64,000 bases of DNA from Octopus vulgaris (taxonomy: Eukaryota): NCBI GenBank assembly GCA_951406725.2, contig OX597827.1, positions 49,104,001 through 49,168,000 on the forward strand. The letters run 5' to 3'. Positions 53,096-64,000 of this stretch are shown one piece after another; positions within the stretch are counted from its first letter, which is position 1, and every line of letters begins with the position of its first letter. Under the pieces are notes generated by a model. That model ran no database searches. It was not told the origin of the DNA and saw nothing but the letters and a program-made list of their open reading frames with translations. The position numbers were made by a program, and so were the translations under genes.

Positions 53096-53318
53096 CAGTA
53101 ATTCCTCCGTTATCGCAGATGTTACGTTCCAGACCCCCTCGCGATAGGTGAAAATCAGCGAAGTAGATACAGTACTGTACTGTATATATTTTTAATTACT
53201 TTTATAATTTGTATATATTTATTTTGTTATAAAATACAAAACACCATCACAGAGAAATCGACGCAAGCTTAAATATTAAACCGCGATATGTGAACCGCGA
53301 TATGGCGAATGATTACTG
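53096..53318. mobile_element. pogo/Tigger-type MITE
   Basis: TA-flanked TIRs CAGTAATTCCTCCGTTATCGC and CAGTAATCATTCGCCATATCGC (reverse complement); subterminal CCGCGATA repeats. Confidence 0.85.
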
Positions 53319-53870
53319 TATTGTATTTTATCGTATCGCAGGCATGAAAGTTGACTCGGTGGAATTTGAACTCAGAATATAAGGATCACGAACAAATACC
53401 AAAAATGTATTTATTCTGGTGCTCTAACGATTCAGCTAGTTGTGAAAATGTCTCAGCATTTGGCACAGGACCAATAGTTTTAGAATGGTGGGATATTGAG
53501 TGGATTAAATCAACTCTCATTTCTTCGCTGCTAGTTTATTTTATCGATCCATGGAAAGGATGAAAAACCAAATTGACCTCTGAACTTAAAGAGCCGGAAG
53601 AAATGACGCTAAGCATATTGTCTGATGATCAGACGATTCTGCCAATCCACTACCCACAAATAATAAACTCTTATTTTGGTGCAAGGCAAGTAATTTTAAT
53701 AGGAGGGCTGAAGTAGATTAGCGAAGTAAATTGCATGGATGCCTGCTTTTTACTTTTATCAATAAAATATAATACCAGTCAAGTGCTTGGGTCGACGTAA
53801 TCCCTTTGCCCTAAGCTTTTAATATCGTTGCTCTTGTGGCAAAATTTGAAACTGTTATTAGTATTAGTAT

Positions 53871-54254
53871 AGGAGTAGCCGTGTGGTAAGTAGCTTGCTT
53901 ACGAACCACATGGTTCCGAGTAGAGTCCCACTGCGTGGCACCTTGGACAAGTGTCTTCTACTATAGCCTCGGGCCAACCAAAGTCTTGTGAGTGGATTTG
54001 GTAGAGGGAAACTGAAAGAATCCCGTCGTATATATGTATATATTTGTGTGTGTCTGTGTTTGTCCCCCTGACATCGCTTGACAACCGATGCTGGTGTATT
54101 TACGTCCCCGTAACTTAGCGGTTCGGCAAAAGGGACCGATAGAATAAGTACCAGGCTTACAAAGAATAAGTCCTGGGGTCGATTTGCACGACTAAAGGCG
54201 GTGCTCCTGCATGGCCACAGTCAAATGACTGAAATAAGTAAAGAAGTAAAGGAG
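53871..54254 (+). mobile_element. S1 SINE
   Basis: Near-full S1. Confidence 0.9.
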
Positions 54255-54774
54255 TTAGTTTTTATTTTTGTCCTTGTTTATTAGACACAAGCGCTTACCT
54301 GGTGAGAGAACCACTACAAAAGACAAGATACATACTGAGAACTTAGATAAAAAACATTCGAATAATAAACACTGACATAAACGTATTTACTTAGATGGAA
54401 GGCGGGGAGATTTTTTGCTTTCATTGTTGATAAATCTGAGTTCTTTATTTTATACTTGTTTTGTGTGTGTTTCTCTGTCTCTCATCGACGTATTCACTGT
54501 AGAGAAAACCAGGATAAAAAAAAAGGCACCACATAAAGCGAAATCACACAACAAACGCAAGGTGCAACGAATAATATTTTAGTAAGCAAGTCAGACATAC
54601 AAACTCACAGCATCGCATATTACATTCATAGCGCGCGCGCACACACACACACACACATATACACAGATATATAAATATATGCACATATATATATGGATAG
54701 GTACACATATATATATACGCATTTATATAAATAGATATGTATACATATATATGCATATATATATATACATGTAT

Positions 54775-54805
<31 letters not shown>

Positions 54806-55086
54806 CACTGATATGTATATATACACATACATATATATACACATAAATATATGCATACATATATAGATACATATATTTATATACATACTTACATATATAT
54901 ACATATATTTATACATGTGTGTGTATGCATGTATGTATGTAGCGTTTGTTTCACTGACAAAAACACTTATTTTCCATATTTTCTTTTAACTTTGGAAACT
55001 CTTTCTTTCTTATACTTTTGCATTTTTTCTTTTTATCTTTTATTTGCCTTTCTACATTCTCTATCATTTTATTTTCCCTTTCACTG

Positions 55087-55142
<56 letters not shown>

Positions 55143-55307
55143 AACTTGTTCTTTCTCTGTCTTTCTAAATTCATATTAAACTCATTCACACTTTCACACT
55201 CGGCATTCTCTTTAACTTGAATTTCTCTATACAATTTCCACACAGCACACACACACACATATTTAATACTGACCATATGCGTGTGTGTGTATATATATAT
55301 ATAGTAT

Positions 55308-55621
55308 AGGCGTAGGAATGGCTGTATTGTGAGAGGCTCACTTCCCAACTACATGGTTCGGGGTTCAGTCCCACTGCGTGGCACCCAGGGCAAGTGTCTT
55401 CTACTATAGCCTCGGTCCGACCAAAGCTTTATGAATGGATTTGGTAGACGGAAACGGAAAGAAGTATGTATGTATTTGTGTTCCTCTACTACCGCTTGAC
55501 AACGGGTGTTGGTGTGTTTACGTTTCCGTAAACTAGCGGTTCGACCAAAGAGTCCGATAGAATGAGTACTAGGCTTACAAACAATAGGTCTAAAGGCCGC
55601 ATTCAAATGACTGAAACAAGT
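55308..55621 (+). mobile_element. S1 SINE with internal deletions
   Basis: Head, CORE-like block, tail. Confidence 0.85.
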
Positions 55622-55736
55622 CGAAGAATAAAACAATATATATATGTGTTTGTGTATGTATATATACCTGTGTGTATATGTCTATATAAATGTGTATGCA
55701 TAAATACGTATGTTTATGTGTGTGTGTGTGTATATC

Positions 55737-55780
<44 letters not shown>

Positions 55781-55965
55781 CCACAGCTATCTAAAGTCAA
55801 TCTACCTGTAGACAGTCTATATTTGTCTACATATATATATCACTCTTTTTCTTTCTTTCAATCCCACACGCGTTGCTTCCTCCTTGCTCGCTCGCTCTCT
55901 CTTTCTGGTGCTTCTCCCACACCGGTCTCTCCACTTAATCTCTCTCTTAATCGCTCACACGTTCC

Positions 55966-56008
<43 letters not shown>

Positions 56009-56399
56009 GCACACACACACACACACACACGTAGTTAGGCCTTCACTCATACATACATACATACAAGAATGAAAGAAACACAGACCTACATTGTGTCCAA
56101 CACACACACACACACGCACACACGCACATATAACTAATTACAGAAAAACGCACATAGACGCACCTGTACGTTGCCACAACCATGCGCCGACCAACGCGCA
56201 ATTACATACAAATAATACGTAAGAACTTTGATAATCGCTACAGATGTTTGGCACAGTTTAGCAAACGGATTTATAAAAAAAATAATGAAAAAAAGAGAAC
56301 AAAAAATAAATTCTTGAAAGAAAAATACATAGTCACTTATACGCGTACACCTATTTCCATTCATTGACACACTAACACTATAATATATCACAATCACAC

Positions 56400-57030
<631 letters not shown>

Positions 57031-57419
57031 GACATATCTAAATACACATATTTCTTATAGTGAAAAGAACTCACATCGATCTATATATGTATACATACAT
57101 TTAATAATATGTACACCCACTAGTCTATCAACGCGCATATATGCATACAGACATCTTGATCTATATTCATATTCGCGCAAACAGAAGCTAATTACACATA
57201 CATGCATATATTCATATACATGTGCACTGACGTTCATGCATAGTGACACACCGAGCTATACACATCCGTTCAAACATTCCTCTTTGAATACACGCTTCCA
57301 TCTATACATATATGCATGCCTCCAACTTTATATGTTGATTTATACATCCATGTATGTACATGCATACAAGCACACCCATCCATGTAACCATCTATAAATT
57401 CATTTACCAATACATGCAT

Positions 57420-57796
57420 AACCACATGGTTCCGGGTTCAGTCCCACTGCGTGGCATCTTGGGCAAGTGTCTTCTGCTATAGCCCTGGGCCGACCAATGC
57501 CTTGTGAGTGGATTTGGTAGACGGAAACTGAAAGAAGCCTGTCGTATATATGTATACATACATATATATGTATGTGTGTGTATGTGTTTGTGTGTCTGTG
57601 TCTGTCCCCTTAGCATTGCTTGACAACCGATGCTGGTGTGTTTACGTCCCCGTCACTAAGCGGTTCGGCAAAAGAGACCGATAGAATAAGTACTGGGCTT
57701 ACAAAGAATAAGTCCCGGGGTCGATTTGCTCGACTAAAGACGGTGCTCCAGCATGGCCGCAGTCAAAATGACTGAAACAAGTAAAAGAGTAAAAGA

Positions 57797-57798
<2 letters not shown>
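57420..57798 (+). mobile_element. S1 SINE lacking the A box
   Basis: Begins AACCACATGGTTCC; intact tail. Confidence 0.9.
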
Positions 57799-57849
<51 letters not shown>

Positions 57850-58469
57850 TACAGTTGGTATATGAAATTATTGATATTACCAATAACTATTATTACTAAA
57901 AGGTTGTTGTGGACCTCGTTGGTTTTTTAGTTGTTTCTGCTATTGTTGATAATATTACACAGCTGGCGATAATGCCGCTCTTTATATCGATGTTATTGTT
58001 GTTGTTGTTGTTGCTGTTGTGAGCTGAGCAAGTTGTTTATGCTTATGTACTTTTATTTCATTACTTCTTTGATTTTGCTCTTTTTGTTCGTTTTTGAAAG
58101 TTGTTTTTTTTTTAATTAGATTTTTTATAGATTTTGAAAAGCTTATCATTCCAGCCACGACCATCCTGTATTTTCTTCGGGACGGTTTCATCTAGGTCTA
58201 CATTTTTATAATGTTTTTTTTTCTTTCTTTCTAAGAAAAATGTAAGTTGAGGTAAATTCTCTTGCCATTTCTAGCAAGTTTCACTTCTTTATTTTTGTTA
58301 TACTTGCTGACGTTATTTCTTATTTTAGTTTATTTTATTCTTTTCATTTTGCTATAAAACTCGCGTGGATAGGTTCAAATAGGAAAGACAAGCAAAAGGG
58401 AAAGATTTTTTCCTCGCTCGTCGATATCGTTAACACCAAGCAATTAATACCAACAACAATTATTTTATT

Positions 58470-58918
58470 TTTCTAAATGCGACACATGGTCAGCAATTAG
58501 TGGTAGAGGTCAAGTTGGTCTATCGACACTCAGTACTTCACTGGTACTTCAGTTTTATCAACCCCGAAAGGATAATTAGCAAAGTTGAATTCGGTGGAAT
58601 TCGAACTCAAAACGCAATGAATCGAAAGAAAGCCCGCAGGACATTTAGTCCGGCACGCTAACAATACTGCTAGCCGGCCGCCTTGATAATATTAAAATTA
58701 ATGATAATACTAATAATCATTCTTTCTGCACAAGACCAGCAATTTTGGACCTCGTTGGTTTTTTAGTTGTTTCTGCTATTGTTGATAATATTACACAGCT
58801 GGCGATAATCGAAATCGACCTCGGTGAAATTTGAATTCAGAACGGATCGACGGACGAAATGCTGTTAAGCGTTTTGTCCGGCTTGCTAACGATTCTGCCA
58901 GTTGACAGCCTTAGCAAT

Positions 58919-58951
<33 letters not shown>

Positions 58952-59485
58952 CCTTTCTACTATAAGCACAAAACTAGCCGATTACATCGACCTTAGTGTT
59001 CAACGGGTACTTAATTTATCGACCCCCGAGAGGATGAAAGGCAAAGTCGACCTCGGCGGAATTTGAACTTAAAACGTAGCAGCAGAAGAAATACAAGGGG
59101 CTACACACAGAGGGCACAAACAAGGACAGACAAACGGATTAAGTCGATTGCATTGACCCCAGTGCGTAACTGGTACTTAATTTATCGACCCCGAAAGGAT
59201 GAAAGGCAAAGTCGACCTCGGCGGAATTTGAGCTTAGAACGTAGCAGCAGAAGAAATACCTATTTCTTTATTACCCACAAGGGGCTAAACACAGAGGGGA
59301 CAGACATAGGTATTAAGTCGATTACATCGACCCCAGTGCGTAACTGGTACTTAATTTATCGACCCCGAAAGAGGATGAAAGGGAAAATCGACCTCGGTAG
59401 AATTTGAATTCAGAACGGATCGACGGACGAAATGCTGTTAAGCGTTTTGTCCGGCTTGCTAACGATTCTGCCAGTTGACAGCCTT
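58470..59485 (-). mobile_element. Cluster of S2 SINEs including a tandem trimer (~58950-59485)
   Basis: Repeated S2 central domain; junctions at ~59089 and ~59253. Confidence 0.85.
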
Positions 59486-59491
59486 AGCAAT

Positions 59492-59545
<54 letters not shown>

Positions 59546-60178
59546 GATTTCTAAGCGACATGTGCAGCTTCATCAATAAAAACATTTACTGTAGAATGAC
59601 GTAACATAGAAATAATTATATAAATGGTTTTACACACACACACACACACACACACATACATACATTTTTACATAAACACACGCAAAAAAAAAATCAACGC
59701 AACACGTTCGACAATATTTACGTTTTCGGTATTTGTCAGCCGTGCAAATAAAAACACAAACAAATACATTACGATACAAGTTAAATTAGACTTATGAACA
59801 CCGACGTGCAAAATACGCATGTATAGATATATAATACGAATTAATAATAATAGTAGTAGTAGTAGTAGTAGTAGTAGTAATAATAATGATAATGATAATA
59901 ATAGTTGCAGAAACAACAACAGCAGCAGCAGTAGTTGCAATATATTAAAGGCGGATAAAATACGTTCAGTATTTCATTTCTCGTTTTATAACATTTTATA
60001 CAGTTTGTTTCACCGATTCCGTCTCTCTCTGACACGTTCTCTCTCCTCCTCCTCCTCTCACCTCACCTTCCTTCTTTCTCCGATTCTCTCTTCTGCTGCT
60101 CCTCCCTCTTTCCTACTTTCTTCCCCCCTTCCTTCCGTCATTCTTCTTCTTCTCTTCTACTCTTCCCGCACCCACCCT

Positions 60179-60212
<34 letters not shown>

Positions 60213-60783
60213 TACACACACCTACCTTCATGCATGCATACATACATCAGTATATAATCACTCCATCGCACGCACAAGCTGCACATACGCACACTGACAA
60301 ACAAATACACGCGCTCTTACATACATTCATTCATTCATTCATTCATTCATTCACACACATGCAAAATCAGTACACAAACACACACGCACATACACACACA
60401 CACTCTTTCTCTCTCTCTCACCCACTCACGTTCTTTGAAAAACGAAGTTTCCATTCTAAACACTGAACATTTTGGAAGTTGGATTGAACACTCAAGTTGG
60501 ATATTTTGCAGTTTCCGCAAAAGTTTTCTGTCACCAACACTTATATATATGTATATATATATAAAATTTATTAGTCGACAACGTATCCTATCGAAGCACT
60601 TCCTTTGGGATTTATTATTAAACTTTCGTGAAATACTGTAAGGCGGGTGTCGTCCACTATTTTCTAATTTGGAGAAAACAAAAACACAGGTTCAAATACC
60701 CAATACATACAATTTGATAATTACACTGTCATTTTTATTGATAATGAAAAGCAACTACATGTAAAGAAAAGAAAAGAGAAGCG

Positions 60784-60839
<56 letters not shown>

Positions 60840-60947
60840 ATGTTGACACGCGATACACATGTTTGTTTATCGTTTTGAATAGATTTCTTTGAAAATGGAG
60901 AGGTAGATGTTTATTTTAGTAGTTTCAAACATGGTTCTTCCGCACAG

Positions 60948-61029
60948 AGCTTAATCAAACTTTCGAGCGAGTCAGTCAAACCACGATGTGAAATATATTC
61001 GACGTTGGGAAACGAGTCGGAATCTTCAG
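60948..61029 (+). other. Candidate non-coding (5' UTR) exon of an unidentified host gene
   Basis: TTCTTCCGCACAG acceptor-like site and consensus donor CAG|GTAAGT, in a transposon-free region; no expression data. Confidence 0.3.
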
Positions 61030-61137
61030 GTAAGTGTCTGCACTGTTTAACTTACCTGGATCACGCAAACGCACTCTCACATATATACGTATATGCACAT
61101 GCATATGTGTGTGTGCCTGTATAAATATATATATATA

Positions 61138-61185
<48 letters not shown>

Positions 61186-61310
61186 GTATATATATAAAAA
61201 CTAAAATGGTTTCTTTCAACAGTTTTCACATATCCCGTTTTCCAGCTTGCGAGTCAGCTGGCCGTTTACTGCTAAACATTCAAATCGCATGCTTGGCTGT
61301 ACACACACAA

Positions 61311-61345
<35 letters not shown>

Positions 61346-61399
61346 CATACACACACATGTATACGTACACTCATACATTCACATATATATATTCATACG

Positions 61400-61433
<34 letters not shown>

Positions 61434-61611
61434 CACATTTATATATACATTCACTATATTTATAAATGTATATGTGTGTATATATATGTATATATATATA
61501 TACATACATACAAGTATATATACATTCATATATATTTATACATGTATACATATATATATATATATACATACATACATACAAGTATATATACATTCATATA
61601 TATTTATACAT

Positions 61612-61642
<31 letters not shown>

Positions 61643-62139
61643 ATACATACAAGTATATATACATTCATATATATCAATACATACACACATTATACATATA
61701 TATACATACATACAAGTATATATACATTCATATATATCAATACATACACACACATATATATATATATATATACATGTTCACATACATGTATACATACATA
61801 TATATATATATGTATGGATGTGTAAATTTGTGTGTGGGTGTATTACTCTCATCTAGATACTTTTCACCACATCTTTCTCCGTCCTTCGTTCGATCTCCCC
61901 CTCAACTTATCTCTTATTTCTCATCAATTCCTACTCTGGTCCATTATCACAGGTCATTCCGTTAATCCAACAACTGTAAATATAACTTCGTGGAATTTTA
62001 TCGATTACTCCAGCTCTTGTCTGTCCACGTCTCTTTTTTTTCTCTTATTTTATCAACGACACTGCGACTCTCTCTCTCCCTCACTCTCCCTATTTCTTAC
62101 TCTGGTATGTTGTGTGTGTATATATATTTATATACATAC

Positions 62140-62184
<45 letters not shown>

Positions 62185-63460
62185 TATACACATGTGTGTG
62201 AGAGACATAAAAAGATATACGCCACCATGTTAACGGAAAGTTTTGTTGTTGAATTTTGTATACATTTACCCGTACGTAAGAACTTGGAATATTTTACTGA
62301 GTAAAGCCATTATGTTGCACGTACTTTATTATATATCTATACGCGTGTTGTGTAGGTGGAATAATGAATATATATATATATAATATATATATATATATAT
62401 ACACACATATATAGCGCCAGCGTGTGTGGTGTGAGTAAGAATGGAAAAATTGTGACAGGTGTTACGCAGGCGAGTTATTATAGATGCACTCGTATATATC
62501 TATATACGCCTACCCACTCATTTATTTGTATATATATATGTGTGTATTTAAATTTCATGCAATGGTGTGTGTGTATGAGAGAGAGATATGCATGCGCATC
62601 TTTAGAAATTAGGGGCTGCAATTACACTACAGCGCATAAGTGTGTGTTCGTGTGTGTGTGTCTGTATTTATGTATATTTATGAGTAGCCATAGATTTAGT
62701 TTCACTTTTTATGTGATCAGCTGGGCTTAATGTATTCGGCGAGTTACTGTTTGTTTTTCAGTTCAAGTCGTAATGCCATCCTGCTTCTGTGCATGCATGC
62801 GGTTCTGTATGTGTGCGAGTGAGTGTTGCAGAAAATTTTGCCTCTGGAGTAAAAACGCGCACATTTGCAGACAGAATCATGTGTGTATGAAAATACAGAT
62901 AGGCAAATAGATAGATAGATAGACAGATAAATAGACAGACAGACAGATAGGTAGATAGATAGGTAGGTAGGTAGATAGATAGATAGATAGATATGCACGC
63001 TTGCGCACATACAAACACGTTTACACAGAAAGAGATGTATGCATGATTGTGTGTGTGTGTGTGTGTGTATAATAAATATGTGTGTGTGTATGTATATATA
63101 TATATATATATATGTTTATGCGTGTGCATGTGTGTAATTTTATGAATACGTACAATACATTTTTTTGTTTCCGCACACACACACACTATAAATACACACA
63201 TACAAATACAAGTGTGCATGCATGCATGTGTGGGTGTGCGCGCGCGTTACTGTAAAAACATTAACCGAGAGGGAAAAAAATCAATAGATGGAGTTAAAAC
63301 ATTGATTTTTCTAAAAACGGTGAAAGTGGTTTGAAAGTTTCCTTTAAGTGGACTCGTCACACATGTTTTTGATACGCACACTTTGTGCAGTAAGCATTGC
63401 TGAAACTTCGAAGTGTCCGTCACAAATTTTCGGCATTGTGTGTGTGTATATATATATATA

Positions 63461-63902
63461 GGATCTTTTCGATCTCAACGGCAGTTTTTTCTAGCGGTGT
63501 CATATGAAATTGTCACCCTTAATTATGACCCTAGTATCGATCTATTGCATTTCAATCAGTTTCAGGGTTAGGGTTAGTTAAGGTTGGTTAGTGTTAGGTG
63601 TTGGGGAAGGGTATCTTTTTTTCTTCAGAAATGTAAATAAACCCAATCTGTTTCTGAAACGAGGGACATATTCATACGGCACAGAATGTTTTTTACCTCA
63701 ATGGACGTCATTGATTGGTTGAAATTGCAGAAATTAAAGAAAAAAGCAACAAATATCTTACAAACCATAGGATTTTCTCAATAAAGCCAAGAGAAAAAGA
63801 TCCAAGATGTTTTATAAACACATTCTACCAGTATACGAAGTTTAAAATTTTTTAGTTACCTAGAAATTATGTTAAAAACTGCCGTTGAAACCGAAAAGAT
63901 CC
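63461..63902. mobile_element. MITE with 29-bp TIRs inserted in (TA)n
   Basis: GGATCTTTTCGATCTCAACGGCAGTTTTT and GGATCTTTTCGGTTTCAACGGCAGTTTTT (reverse complement); internal GGGTTAGGGTTAG. Confidence 0.9.
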
Positions 63903-63937
<35 letters not shown>

Positions 63938-64000
63938 GGAATAAATCCAAACTTACAGGGAAAAATTAGATTTAGGATTAAATCCAATTTTTATAGTATA

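Noticed and set aside
61048-61060. U1 snRNA gene or pseudogene
   Set aside because: Similarity is limited to about 10 nt with no U1 body downstream
63563-63600. True telomere or chromosome fusion site
   Set aside because: Only about two perfect units, located inside a MITE

Overview
AT-rich eukaryotic non-coding DNA, most likely an octopus genome (inferred from the extreme (TA)n/(CA)n/(TAGA)n/(TAA)n microsatellite density and the tRNA-derived SINE families). No intact protein-coding gene is visible: nearly all listed ORFs are microsatellite translations or degenerate transposon remnants. The window contains three tRNA-derived SINE families in about 30 copies and fragments, CR1/L2-group LINE fragments that share a 3' tail with one SINE, R4/Dong-like and HERO-like remnants, Penelope-like remnants with at least five minimal hammerhead-ribozyme motifs, mariner, maT-like and Merlin remnants, a deleted Helitron and several MITEs. 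The most unusual signals are the clustered minimal hammerheads (some with a CCGA core), SINE multimers with a fixed junction at a hairpin apex, combinatorial SINE module swapping, a LINE fragment with 3' tails at both ends, an 84-bp-arm hairpin, and a splice donor that can pair with an adjacent U1-like sequence in a transposon-free stretch near 60-63 kb. Boundaries were read by eye and are approximate. Family assignments come from recalled motifs, not from database searches.
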